DNA of 64,000 bases from Spirochaetota bacterium (GCA_023396615.1 JAEWVM010000009.1:966-64965); one strand, 5' to 3'; numbered from the stretch's first letter, positions 30,447-40,744 are shown. Notes: generated from the sequence alone by a model not told the origin. A program made the numbers and translations.

Positions 30447-31306
30447 ATAGAATAAACGAAATCTTCAGAAAAATATTTCAATATGCAAAAAATCTTTACG
30501 ATGATGCAAAGGCGCACCCTTTTTTTAAACGCTACGTTGTTTTAACCTGCATATTGACAGCAGTATTCACTCTTATTCTTTTTCCGGTTGATACAATAAT
30601 TTTAAAAGTATTAAGAGATGCCGAAGGTAAGTCTTTTCAATCCGCCGAAGTTTCAAATCTTAAAGCTTCTTTATTCGGCGATATTTCAATTGATTCAATG
30701 AAAATCAATCTCCGGTCACGTGAAGAAGTTTCGATCAGCAAGTTTGATTCAACAATATCAGTTTTCTCTCTGATTAGGGGCAATGCTGACGGGGAAATCA
30801 ACTCCGAACAGTTTTCTTTTTCGTCGCCTAAGTTCAAGTTTACATCAAAGATAAAACTGATTCCTGATGCGGAATACAGCACCAAAACAGGTATTTTTAC
30901 AAACGGCACTCTAACAGTGAAATTAACCAACTCACTGCTGGAAGGATTATCAATTGCCGGATTTAATATAAAACCGGCAAACATTGAATCTGTAAACGGA
31001 GAAATCCTTTTTCAGGACAAGAAATATAATATTAAGGTCATTAAAATTGACGGTCAGTCGCTCAGGGGAACCATAACAGGAACAATTATTCCGAACGAAA
31101 ATAATTTTTCGCTCTCCGTTCTCGACATCAGCTGTTCATTTGATCCCCAGTCCGGAATGTTCGACGATTACCGTATGCTTATCAACTATCTTATAGATAA
31201 AGACAGCGGGAAAATACTCATCAAACTTAAAGGAACAATTGCTAATACTGAAGTAATTACTCCAAAAATGAATATGCCTCAAATGGAAGCAAAAGATGAC
31301 AAATGA
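30443..31306 (+). CDS. gspN: GspN-like protein
   Basis: Single N-terminal TM then a beta-rich periplasmic region; last gene of the cluster; overlap with gspM. Confidence 0.4.
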   Translation: MNRINEIFRKIFQYAKNLYDDAKAHPFFKRYVVLTCILTAVFTLILFPVDTIILKVLRDAEGKSFQSAEVSNLKASLFGDISIDSMKINLRSREEVSISKFDSTISVFSLIRGNADGEINSEQFSFSSPKFKFTSKIKLIPDAEYSTKTGIFTNGTLTVKLTNSLLEGLSIAGFNIKPANIESVNGEILFQDKKYNIKVIKIDGQSLRGTITGTIIPNENNFSLSVLDISCSFDPQSGMFDDYRMLINYLIDKDSGKILIKLKGTIANTEVITPKMNMPQMEAKDDK

Positions 31307-31637
31307 AATGGATTTAATCATCAAAAAGACCGGAGAACTCGGAGAAAAAATATCTCAATCAGAAATTTTTCTCGCATACAAGAAAGCTTCTGCAGAGCTC
31401 ATGGCCAATCAGGATTCTTTCGACAAAGTAAAACGCTTTACCCGTCTTTCGGCAGTAATGAGAGAAAAACAGCATTATGCCGAAGAAATTACACAAAGCG
31501 AGATGGATGAAGTACAAAGTCTCGCGCAAAATGTTTTTGATGACGAGATAGCCAACAACTACATCGAAGTGCAAAACGCTTTCAGCTCTCTGATGAATGA
31601 TATTTTTACTGAAATTGAGATGAAAAAATCTTTTTAA
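31296..31637 (+). CDS. YlbF/YmcA-family (UPF0342) regulator-like protein
   Basis: Helical 113-aa protein; ...GEKISQSEIFLAYKKASAELMANQDSFDKVKRF... resembles the N-terminus of B. subtilis YmcA/YlbF. Overlaps the gspN end by 11 nt. Confidence 0.45.
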   Translation: MTNEMDLIIKKTGELGEKISQSEIFLAYKKASAELMANQDSFDKVKRFTRLSAVMREKQHYAEEITQSEMDEVQSLAQNVFDDEIANNYIEVQNAFSSLMNDIFTEIEMKKSF

Positions 31638-31720
31638 CCCGTTTTTTTCAAACTTCTTGACACGGAAAAGCAAAAATTGTAGAATTATATAGAGATTATT
31701 TTGTTGATCCGGCGGCAAAA

Positions 31721-32098
31721 ATGAACGAAAAAAGAAAGTTTAAACGTTACGAATGCAAAATCAAAGTCCGCTTCGAACACACCGAAGAGATGAACAGCTC
31801 TACTGAAGAAATCCCGGGTTTTAAAGGAAAAGGACACATCCTCGACATAAGTCAGGGCGGAATTTTTATCGCAACGGATACAAATGTACCGGTAAGCTGC
31901 GACATCCTGGTTACTTTCAAAACTGAATCCCGGATTTTTGAAGAGAAGGGATTCATTGTCAGAACCGGAACTTTGAAGAATAATCCTGCAGAAGTCGTAA
32001 AAAAATTTGAAAATTATGATATCAAAGAAAAATCCTACATCGCGATTCAGTTTGAAAACCCGATAGACAATATCAATCAAATGGAATTTCACGGCTGA
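31721..32098 (+). CDS. PilZ-domain c-di-GMP receptor
   Basis: RKFKR (RxxxR) and DISQGG (DxSxxG) motifs. Confidence 0.7.
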   Translation: MNEKRKFKRYECKIKVRFEHTEEMNSSTEEIPGFKGKGHILDISQGGIFIATDTNVPVSCDILVTFKTESRIFEEKGFIVRTGTLKNNPAEVVKKFENYDIKEKSYIAIQFENPIDNINQMEFHG

Positions 32099-32099
32099 T

Positions 32100-32987
32100 A
32101 TGCAGACTCAATTTGTATACATTGATGATATCACCAAGATTGACTCATCCAAAGCAACCGTATATGATCTGAACAAGAGATATATTGATTCTGAAGGGAA
32201 TATGTACGGCCTCAAATACAACCGCGAATCAAAAAAAATTGAAGTCATAAGACTTCTGAGAACATCAATGCAGCATGCACAGATGGTCGCGAAAAGAATG
32301 AAGGAAAAAATGAAAGCGGAACTGCCGAAACTTTCATCTGACGAAGAAATAATTTCCAACAGCGTAAATCACGACACGCCGGAAACATTTGAAGAAACTG
32401 AAGAAACTTATTCAAGCGACACCAAAATAGTACCGGACATGTTTGTAGCCGACAGGTTCAACGATCTTCCGATCTTCAAAGAAAGGCTTAAGGGTCTTTT
32501 AAGAAATGTTGCTAATTCGAACATCAACTCGCGCGAGCACCGCGAAATTTCAACGCCGCTTGATGAGGTTATCCGCAATATCGAAATTGACGGATTAGGA
32601 AAAATCGAAAAAATAACCTCCTCTTACAGGGAACTCACTGAATACCCGAGATCAATCAATTATTACATCGGACGTCTGGATAACCGGGCAAGAGAAATAC
32701 TTAACAATATTCACGCTGATTCAAAAAAGATAAAATTCATCCTTTGGATGGAAATGCTTCACTCGCTTAAGGAATTTTATCAGTCAGTCGGCAAAATGCT
32801 GATATCGCTTGAAAGAAACCTTGAAAAAACAGCAGAGGACCGCCTGTCAAAAATAGGCGCGCTTGAACGTCAATCGTACACTGACGCACGAACCACCATA
32901 TCCAATACAAAATCCGACATTGAAGAAATGTCGAGAAAGCTGAATGATTTCGAACTGTTCATTTACAGTTCGGACAATGTCTGCTAA
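32100..32987 (+). CDS. Hypothetical protein (helical, no recognised domain)
   Basis: 295 aa; starts 2 nt after the PilZ stop. Confidence 0.4.
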   Translation: MQTQFVYIDDITKIDSSKATVYDLNKRYIDSEGNMYGLKYNRESKKIEVIRLLRTSMQHAQMVAKRMKEKMKAELPKLSSDEEIISNSVNHDTPETFEETEETYSSDTKIVPDMFVADRFNDLPIFKERLKGLLRNVANSNINSREHREISTPLDEVIRNIEIDGLGKIEKITSSYRELTEYPRSINYYIGRLDNRAREILNNIHADSKKIKFILWMEMLHSLKEFYQSVGKMLISLERNLEKTAEDRLSKIGALERQSYTDARTTISNTKSDIEEMSRKLNDFELFIYSSDNVC

Positions 32988-33349
32988 TTGTTTTCTGTTT
33001 TTCTTAGAATTTCTTCTGCAAATATTTTCAGCTTCGGATGAACCTTCGGTTGGGGAAGACTGATTTTATTTTCTTCCTTTTCGGTATTATCTTCTTCGCG
33101 TATCAGCTTGGTAAATGCAAAAATCATGCGGTCGAAGATTTCACTCACACGGTCTTCTCTTCCGGCCATTTTATAGTATTTATAAGCGAAAAGCGGCATT
33201 TTTTTATCAAAGTAAAAATAATCGGCAATTCTTGTTAATCCGTCCTTATACATTGTGCTGACGAATATTTTTTCTGCCTCGGTGAGCTTCCCCTCATTAA
33301 AAAGCTCATTGCCTTTTCTTATCAATGCCGCGCGTTCGGAACTATCCAT
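32984..33349 (-). CDS. Hypothetical small TPR-like protein
   Basis: 121 aa; overlaps the tex start by 8 nt. Confidence 0.4.
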   Translation of the reverse strand: MDSSERAALIRKGNELFNEGKLTEAEKIFVSTMYKDGLTRIADYFYFDKKMPLFAYKYYKMAGREDRVSEIFDRMIFAFTKLIREEDNTEKEENKISLPQPKVHPKLKIFAEEILRKTENN

Positions 33350-35489
33350 CGGTCTTCCTTCTGAGAGAAATTCTCTTCAGCTCTTTATCGACAGAAATAA
33401 CCTCCGTCATTAGGGTTTCACCGACTTTTACAGCCTCAGAGATGTTTGAAATAAACTTATCCGAAAGATTGGATATATGAATCAATCCGTCCTGATGTAC
33501 TCCTATATCGACAAAAGCACCAAAAGCGGTAACATTCGTTACTACACCCGACAGCACCATTCCTTCGCGCAAATCATCCAGAGTTCGTACTGAACTGTTA
33601 AAATCAGCATACGAATACTGCTTTCTAGGATCGCGTCCCGGCTTTGAAAGCTCTTTTAATATATCATCAAGAGTATATGTCCCGGCCGATGAATATTTCT
33701 TTTTATCAATACGTGAAAGCAAATCCGGACTTAAAATTAAATCATTCAGACTAACACCCGCGTCTTCAGCTATCTTCATTACAATGGAATAGCTCTCCGG
33801 GTGAATAGCGGATGAATCAAGCGGATTTGAAGCGTCCTTAATACGAAGAAAAGCGGCACACTGCTCAAACGCTTTTTCTCCAAGACCGCTTACTTTTTTA
33901 ATATCCGTTCTGGACTTAAAACCCTTAAGCTCATTTCTTTTTTTAACAATTTTAGCTGCAAGAGAACTTCCGACACCGGATACATAAGAAAGAATTTCAA
34001 CAGATGCAGTATTAACGTCGACACCGACCTTATTAACGCACAATTCAACTGAATCTTTCAGAGCATCTTTAAGCTCCTTCTGGTCAACATCATGCTGATA
34101 CTGACCGACGCCTATAGCGCATGGATCTATTTTTACAAGTTCAGACAAAGGATCCTGAAAACGGCGTGCGATATTAACGGCACTTCTTACGGTAAGATCG
34201 AGATCCGGAAATTCCCGTCGTGCAGTTTCTGACGCGGAATATACCGAAGCCCCCGACTCGCTCACCATAACGACAGGAATTTCTTTTGGAATAAAATCTT
34301 TAATGAAATCTTCAGTCTCCCTTCCGGCGGTTCCGTTTCCTATCGCGATAAACTCAACTGAAAATTTATCGATTATCTTTTTTACAGCAGCCTTTGCCTC
34401 TGCTTCCTTCTTTTGAGGTTCATGAGGGAAAATAACATCATATCCGAGAAATTCATTCGTTTTGCCTATGACGGCAAGCTTGCATCCGCTTCTGAAGCCC
34501 GGGTCAATTCCAAGAATAGTTTTGCCTCCGGCGTACGGCGACAGAAGAAGATTTTCGAGATTATCTGCAAAAATTGATATTGAAAATTTTTCGCTTTTTG
34601 AAATATAGTTTCGGAGAACTTCGTTTGAAACCGATGGAAGAATTAGCCGTTTAAGCGAATCGAGCGCGGCTTTTTCTATTTCTTCCGAAAATATATTCTG
34701 TTTCTGAATATAATCTTTTTTTATTTTTCCGAGAAAAATATCTTCATTCTCGGCATCGACGCTAATCGAAAGCACTCCTTCGTTTTCTCCGCGCCGCAGA
34801 GCAAGAATTCTGTGCGGCGGTTCTTTTGATATCGCAGATGAAAATGAATAATACTGCTCGTATTTTGTACGTTTATCCTTATAATCTTTTTTAACCTTTG
34901 ATGAAATGATTCCTTTTGAGGTTATCTCTTCGCGGACGGTTTTTCTTATGCCGCTGTTTTCCGATATCATTTCCGCAATGATATCAAGAGCGCCGCTCAA
35001 AGCTTCATCGGCAGTATTAACCTGTTTTTCAGGATTGATAAACCTTTTCAATATTTCGGATTTTTCTTCTTTTCCGGCTGAATGCAGAATGATTTCTGCA
35101 AGCTCCTCAAGTCCTTTCTCCCGTGCAATCGACGCACGTGTCTTTTTTTTGGGTTTATACGGAAGATAAATATCTTCAAGCATATCAGAGTCACTGCAGC
35201 CGATGATTGTCTTTTTCAATTCATCAGTCATCTTTCCCAGTGATTCTATTACACCGATGATATAATCTTTGCGTTCTTCGAGTGATTCAATCTCTTTATA
35301 TCTTCTCGAAATATGAAGAACCTGCTTTTCGTCCATGTTTCCGGTCATTTCTTTTCTATAACGGGAGATGAACGGAACAGTACTGCCGTCCTTCAGCAGT
35401 TTGATTGTATTTATAACATAAGAAGATTTTACTTTAATTTCAGCCGAAATGATTTCGGCAATTGCTTCTGCTTCAATCATTATAAACAA
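33342..35489 (-). CDS. tex: Transcription accessory protein Tex
   Basis: HTH, YqgF/RNase H-like, HhH and a C-terminal S1 domain (…GMVLSGVVTNVTAFGAFVDIGVHQDGLIHIS…). Confidence 0.9.
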   Translation of the reverse strand: MFIMIEAEAIAEIISAEIKVKSSYVINTIKLLKDGSTVPFISRYRKEMTGNMDEKQVLHISRRYKEIESLEERKDYIIGVIESLGKMTDELKKTIIGCSDSDMLEDIYLPYKPKKKTRASIAREKGLEELAEIILHSAGKEEKSEILKRFINPEKQVNTADEALSGALDIIAEMISENSGIRKTVREEITSKGIISSKVKKDYKDKRTKYEQYYSFSSAISKEPPHRILALRRGENEGVLSISVDAENEDIFLGKIKKDYIQKQNIFSEEIEKAALDSLKRLILPSVSNEVLRNYISKSEKFSISIFADNLENLLLSPYAGGKTILGIDPGFRSGCKLAVIGKTNEFLGYDVIFPHEPQKKEAEAKAAVKKIIDKFSVEFIAIGNGTAGRETEDFIKDFIPKEIPVVMVSESGASVYSASETARREFPDLDLTVRSAVNIARRFQDPLSELVKIDPCAIGVGQYQHDVDQKELKDALKDSVELCVNKVGVDVNTASVEILSYVSGVGSSLAAKIVKKRNELKGFKSRTDIKKVSGLGEKAFEQCAAFLRIKDASNPLDSSAIHPESYSIVMKIAEDAGVSLNDLILSPDLLSRIDKKKYSSAGTYTLDDILKELSKPGRDPRKQYSYADFNSSVRTLDDLREGMVLSGVVTNVTAFGAFVDIGVHQDGLIHISNLSDKFISNISEAVKVGETLMTEVISVDKELKRISLRRKTDG

Positions 35490-36217
35490 ACCGGACTTAT
35501 AGTATTTACATATTCTTCAGCTTTATCGATAAAAAGTTCAGAGCCTGAAAACTTTTTTAAAATATAAAAATCTTTCTTTGAAGAATATCTCTCATTCCAC
35601 TCTTTAATAAATTTCTTTGACAAAGGCAGATAAGACCAATGCCACTTTTCTTCCTGATAACCGGCACTTCTGCCGGCAGTAAAGGGCTGCGCAAAACCGT
35701 ATCGGGCGGCATTTACAACAAGCCAGGTATATAGAATCTGACCGTCACCGCTTTCGAAAAATGTATTATTTAGCGAATTGATGTCAAAGTCAGTTCCCCA
35801 GTGATGACGGCTGGTTCCCGGCATCGATGAATAATTCAGAATATTTATGCCGCGTTTATATAAATTCTTTTCTTTGGAATAAGACCCGTTCCACTTAGAA
35901 TTCCAGATACGGGCCTGATCGTCATATGTTCTTGTGGAACTTATCACGGTAATCTTTATCGAAACTTCTTTCTGATTATTTCTTGTGCGTTCTGAATTTA
36001 ATTCTTTAATATATGAATCGAAAGCTGCAGACATTTTTTCAAGCGCGTAAGCGGCCTCTTTCCGCAGATGATGAGTTTTAGAATCAGTCCGTATAAATGT
36101 TTTTTTCAGATTGATAAAAGATGAATCTGATGACGGATTAATTCCGCCGGCAAGGTCTTTCAGCTCATAAGCAAAGGCAAAAAACGGGATTAAGATTCCA
36201 AAAACAAGTTTTTTCAT
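35480..36217 (-). CDS. Secreted M15-family (VanY/LAS) D-Ala-D-Ala carboxypeptidase-like metallopeptidase
   Basis: Signal peptide; SRHHWGTDFDIN matches the SxHxxGxAxD zinc-ligand motif. Confidence 0.6.
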   Translation of the reverse strand: MKKLVFGILIPFFAFAYELKDLAGGINPSSDSSFINLKKTFIRTDSKTHHLRKEAAYALEKMSAAFDSYIKELNSERTRNNQKEVSIKITVISSTRTYDDQARIWNSKWNGSYSKEKNLYKRGINILNYSSMPGTSRHHWGTDFDINSLNNTFFESGDGQILYTWLVVNAARYGFAQPFTAGRSAGYQEEKWHWSYLPLSKKFIKEWNERYSSKKDFYILKKFSGSELFIDKAEEYVNTISPVCL

Positions 36218-36301
36218 ATTCTCTCCACTTAATTCATTATCCGGCGATACGGAAATCCGTCCATTATTTTCTTAATAAAAAATAAAAGTTTCATGCAAAT
36301 G

Positions 36302-37732
36302 TTAAAAACTGATATTTTCATAAAATTTTTTTTCAAAAGAAACATCATCGGTAAGACTGATAAATTGAATTTTTTTTCTGAATTCTTTAAGTTCATCAAT
36401 GTATCCGGAATTTTGCAGAGAGTACTCCGCAGATTTCAATGATAAATTTCCGGCAACTATTACTTCGGATTTTTCGGCATAAGGAAAAAAACCGAGTGAA
36501 AACACATGCGATGAATTCACAGATGAGGCAAAACTTCCGGCAAGAATTATATTATCAGATTCATCGAAAACAAATCCTGATTTTTCAGAAAGAATTTCCG
36601 CACCGCTTCTGCATGCAGATTTCACAAGCTGAACTGCACGCACATCCTTCTGACTGATATATACATCATCTTTCAGATAAATAAGCTTTTCTCCGTCCGT
36701 GGAAGAATCGCCGTTTGTAATCTTTCCGCTTTTGTCTATCTGACCGGTTTTGATCAAAATACTGAAAATATCCGCAAGCCCGCTTGCAGCAATTCCCAGG
36801 GCTTTTCTGCCGGAATACAGTTTATACTCGATACGGGGATAAATTCCCGAAGCAGAAATAATTGCGCCTTCCCCGGCAGTCATTCCGCATGAAAGATTCA
36901 TTCCTTCTACTGCCGGGCCGAGTGGAACACTTGAAGCATAAACGGTATTTTCCGAAATAAAAGCCATTTCGGCATTTGTACCCATGTCGCAAATGAATGT
37001 TTTTCCGCGAAAATTCCTGAAAGCATAATAAGCGCATCCCAGAAAATCCGCGCCGAGAAAAGAAGTAAAACACGGCAGTATTTTCAAGCGGCAGCTATCA
37101 TTGAGTTCACTGAATGTTCCGTGATAATTATCCAGTTCTTCGATTGGGGCTTCATACGGAAAAGTTCCCATTTTTTCAGGACTGATTCCGCAAAAGAGTG
37201 AAAGCATCACGGTATTACCGGATACTGCAATGTCGGAAATGCCCCGGATGTCATCTTCCGAAGCACACAGCTTTTTGATGTTTTCCGCAATAGCATTGCG
37301 TATATATGCTGTCATTTTAGCGTATTCACGTGAAGCTATGCGCGAAATAACATCGTGACCGAAAATTCTCTGAGGATTTAAAAAAGACGATACCTCATTA
37401 AATTTTCCATCGATAAGGGAGGAAATCTTTACAACAGTTGTTCCAATATCCACTGCAAAAGTTCCGGATTTCACCTTTGACGATTTTTGTGAAACCCGAG
37501 AATCCGGCATAAATACCGTCAAATCGGAAGATAATATGTAATTGCAGGACTTAACCTGTCTTCTTCCGGCATCATCTTCTATGTCAACGAGACACTTGCC
37601 GCAACTTCCCTTTCCGCCGCATGGAGTATCAGGAAATATTGAAAAAAATCCCAATGCCTCCGTAAGAAGCTTTCCTTCATCAAATTCGGCGCATAAATTT
37701 CCGGGACTGATCGTGACTCTTAACTTCCGCAT
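36302..37732 (-). CDS. 2Fe-2S ferredoxin-ASKHA (DUF4445, RACo-like) ATPase
   Basis: N-terminal plant-type ferredoxin cysteines (CGGKGSCGKC...C), then an actin/sugar-kinase-like ASKHA region. Confidence 0.55.
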   Translation of the reverse strand: MRKLRVTISPGNLCAEFDEGKLLTEALGFFSIFPDTPCGGKGSCGKCLVDIEDDAGRRQVKSCNYILSSDLTVFMPDSRVSQKSSKVKSGTFAVDIGTTVVKISSLIDGKFNEVSSFLNPQRIFGHDVISRIASREYAKMTAYIRNAIAENIKKLCASEDDIRGISDIAVSGNTVMLSLFCGISPEKMGTFPYEAPIEELDNYHGTFSELNDSCRLKILPCFTSFLGADFLGCAYYAFRNFRGKTFICDMGTNAEMAFISENTVYASSVPLGPAVEGMNLSCGMTAGEGAIISASGIYPRIEYKLYSGRKALGIAASGLADIFSILIKTGQIDKSGKITNGDSSTDGEKLIYLKDDVYISQKDVRAVQLVKSACRSGAEILSEKSGFVFDESDNIILAGSFASSVNSSHVFSLGFFPYAEKSEVIVAGNLSLKSAEYSLQNSGYIDELKEFRKKIQFISLTDDVSFEKKFYENISF

Positions 37733-37851
37733 ACACCGATTAAGCTAAATCAGGCTAAAAAAGCGAGAATTTTTTGCATTTCGTCATAATGCAAGTTTGA
37801 TTGACAAAAAATACGCTTTTGACCGATAAATACAATAAGGAGAAAGAAGGA

Positions 37852-39027
37852 ATGAACAGCTTAACAGTATTTATCTACCCTTCTGCAAGAGACAACTCAC
37901 TTCTATCTCTGACGGATTTCCGCTCAAAATTCATGATGCCTATCGGCGGCAAATTCCGTATTGCGGATTTTGCGCTCAGAAACGCCCTTACAGCGGATCC
38001 GTATCAGATTGTAATGTACAGTGATGTATTCGATGACCTGCATCCTTATCTCGACACTCATCCGATAAACCAGAAAACAAAATGTAAAATCATACCAATT
38101 GTCGACGATTCTCTGGATGTCAAAGAACTCGCAAAAACCGTAAAAAAACATGAAACCAGCCATTATCTTATTTATTGCGGTGATAATCCTGCGCTTATAG
38201 ATTTCGGAGCAATGTACGATTACTACATAAAAAAGAAAAAAAACAAAACCGTGCTTTTCCAGCTGAAAAATTCTGAAAAAGCGTCGATGGCGAACACCGC
38301 TCTCATGACGACCAAGAAAAACTTCATTTCCGTTCTGAGTGAAGCGATTAAGCAAAAACGGAACTCCCCTCACCTGCTTGAAATGATCAATAATATGCTC
38401 ATAAACAAGGGTGTCGAAAAGTCAACGCATCATGCAGACATCTGGCCGGTCAGAAATATACCCGACTTTTATTCTCTCAATTATAATCTCCTTTCAGGTG
38501 ATTTATTTAAAACGATTTATACCGATCCGATTTTGACAGGCGGAATCAAAACAGATCAGCCGGCCAAAATAGGACCTAACGCAAATATTTCATCATCTTT
38601 TATTTCAGAAGGCTGTATTATAGACGGGAAAGTTACAGGTTCCATCATTTTTCCGGGTGTCATTATAACAGAGAAAGCCGAGGTCAAAGACTCAATAATT
38701 CTGCCGTACGTCACCATAGCAAAGAACGCCCGGATTGAAAATGCCGTAATCGACGAATTTACCGATTATGCAAACTCGCCTTTCATTTTCAATATCGGCG
38801 AATACGCGCGCATCGGATCCGATGCTGACGGACTACGTAACAGCGATTATCCGAAATCTCTTTTTTCTAGTATCAGTTTAATCGGAAAAAACTGTCTCAT
38901 TCCGACAAATTCGAACATCGGTTCGGCATGCTTCATTGCTTCCGCGACCGGTTTTTCTTTTTTTGAAAAGACAAAAACACTGGAAGACGGACTTTCAATT
39001 GTACCTTATCCCGAAATCTATTCATAG
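37852..39027 (+). CDS. GlgD-like (non-catalytic ADP-glucose pyrophosphorylase-like) protein
   Basis: MPIGGKFRIADFALRNA matches the GlgC/GlgD core, and the C-terminus is a left-handed beta-helix. The N-terminal GGxGxRL loop is absent. AAGGAG RBS before the ATG at 37852; the track ORF begins at an upstream TTG. Confidence 0.6.
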   Translation: MNSLTVFIYPSARDNSLLSLTDFRSKFMMPIGGKFRIADFALRNALTADPYQIVMYSDVFDDLHPYLDTHPINQKTKCKIIPIVDDSLDVKELAKTVKKHETSHYLIYCGDNPALIDFGAMYDYYIKKKKNKTVLFQLKNSEKASMANTALMTTKKNFISVLSEAIKQKRNSPHLLEMINNMLINKGVEKSTHHADIWPVRNIPDFYSLNYNLLSGDLFKTIYTDPILTGGIKTDQPAKIGPNANISSSFISEGCIIDGKVTGSIIFPGVIITEKAEVKDSIILPYVTIAKNARIENAVIDEFTDYANSPFIFNIGEYARIGSDADGLRNSDYPKSLFSSISLIGKNCLIPTNSNIGSACFIASATGFSFFEKTKTLEDGLSIVPYPEIYS

Positions 39028-39037
39028 GGGCGGATAA

Positions 39038-40696
39038 ATGAAATATCTTATAACGCTTTTTCTATTCATTGCTTTTACGGCCGATATGGGAGCTAAAGAC
39101 TTGGCGGCAATAGAATACAAGATAGATAATCCCGATTCGTCTTTTACAAGAGAAACAGGCAGGGATTATGCCAAGCTCATCGCAATTTCAGCTAATGTAA
39201 CAAAAGGTTTGAACATATACAACCCCTTTCAGCTTGAAAAGGATATATCAGGAATGGGAATATACCCGGAAAGAAATCTTACTCTCGAAAATCTTTCAGC
39301 ACTCTGCGCAACCAGATATATCGATTACGCTATAAGCGGAAAGCTTTACAAAGTTTCGAAGGGATTCAAATCAGAAAGTATTCTCTATTCGGCAGACACC
39401 AAAAGCATTATTTCAAGATCGAGCTCAACAGCCGCAACAATCAATGAACTCGCAGGAAAAGATGCACTGAAACTTTTTTCATTCATTAAAAATAAACCTT
39501 CCGCAAAAGTAAAGCAAACAAAAACAATCGCTCTTCTTCTTGATTCTTCTTACAATATGAACGAGGAATTGCCGGAAACAAAAGAAGCAATAAAGGATTT
39601 CGCTCTCGGCATTTTTTCCGACTATCCCGGAAGTAGTATTTTCGTACTTCCTTACAATAATAAGACTCCCCTTCGTTCAATAGAGGCTCCCGCAAGCAGT
39701 CTGATATCAATAGAAGCCCTTCTGTCAAAAATCAAACTTAACGGCGGAAACGACGACGCCTCATTTACAAATGCGCTAAGTTTTGCGGTTGAAAACATGA
39801 GATGGAATAAAACTTCTGACAATTCAATATTCATAATATCCAACTCATCTTTCAAGGATTCATTAAACGCATCAAGATACGCAAGAAGAGCGGCCAACAA
39901 AAAAATAGCAATCAACTGCATGATACTCGGAAAAACCTCGGGAAATGATTCGATAAACTATTCAAGATTATCAGACATGTCGCGCGGTTTCTCTGCGGAT
40001 GTTTCCTACCGCCAGACGCTGTATGACATAAAAGGTAAAGATTTCTATCTATATTACGAACGCGCAAGATTATTCGAAGGAGCCTCGGACGAAAAATACT
40101 GGCAGAATGGTCTGTTTAAATATCCGCAGAAAAAACGTTTCGGATACGCAAAAGGTCCGGGATTCGCCGATGAGATTTTTGTTAAAAAAGGCAGTAGCAT
40201 CAATCCGTATAACATGTCGGAATATTACCGCAAAAACGGAGAACGGGGATTTATAAACGCAAAAAATGTCGAATCGAATATCCGTAAAGCCATTCTCGGT
40301 TTCAAACAGCTTTCAACTGAGACTCATACAAAAAGTAAACTTGCACGGGTTCTCGTTTCGCAAGGCGGCATATCTTTATGGATCGATGTTTATGACACTG
40401 ATTCGCTTGATTTTTTTACGAAAAAGAAAAACCTGGGATATTCACTCCCTCTTGGTGTAATCATTCAGCAAAAAAAAGATGAACCCTACGGATTCACTTT
40501 CAATCCATATAAATATGTGACAGTGTTCAGCGGCGAGTTTATACCGGAATCGGTAAAAATTTCACTTCCTGATATCGCTAAAAACCCTAAAAAATACATG
40601 GATGGAAGCTTCATGAATCCTTCTCTATGGTTTGTTGAAGTTAAAGTTGAAGAAGTACGCACCATTGAGTCAAGTGATGACGTACGCGGCGGTTAA
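39038..40696 (+). CDS. Secreted protein with central vWA-like domain
   Basis: Signal peptide; ...IALLLDSSYNM... (MIDAS-like DxSxN), ...LNGGNDD..., ...IFIISNSS... Confidence 0.4.
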   Translation: MKYLITLFLFIAFTADMGAKDLAAIEYKIDNPDSSFTRETGRDYAKLIAISANVTKGLNIYNPFQLEKDISGMGIYPERNLTLENLSALCATRYIDYAISGKLYKVSKGFKSESILYSADTKSIISRSSSTAATINELAGKDALKLFSFIKNKPSAKVKQTKTIALLLDSSYNMNEELPETKEAIKDFALGIFSDYPGSSIFVLPYNNKTPLRSIEAPASSLISIEALLSKIKLNGGNDDASFTNALSFAVENMRWNKTSDNSIFIISNSSFKDSLNASRYARRAANKKIAINCMILGKTSGNDSINYSRLSDMSRGFSADVSYRQTLYDIKGKDFYLYYERARLFEGASDEKYWQNGLFKYPQKKRFGYAKGPGFADEIFVKKGSSINPYNMSEYYRKNGERGFINAKNVESNIRKAILGFKQLSTETHTKSKLARVLVSQGGISLWIDVYDTDSLDFFTKKKNLGYSLPLGVIIQQKKDEPYGFTFNPYKYVTVFSGEFIPESVKISLPDIAKNPKKYMDGSFMNPSLWFVEVKVEEVRTIESSDDVRGG

Positions 40697-40744
40697 AAAT
40701 ATCTTTACAGACTACATGTTTTCTGTTAAATTTACGGAGAAATT

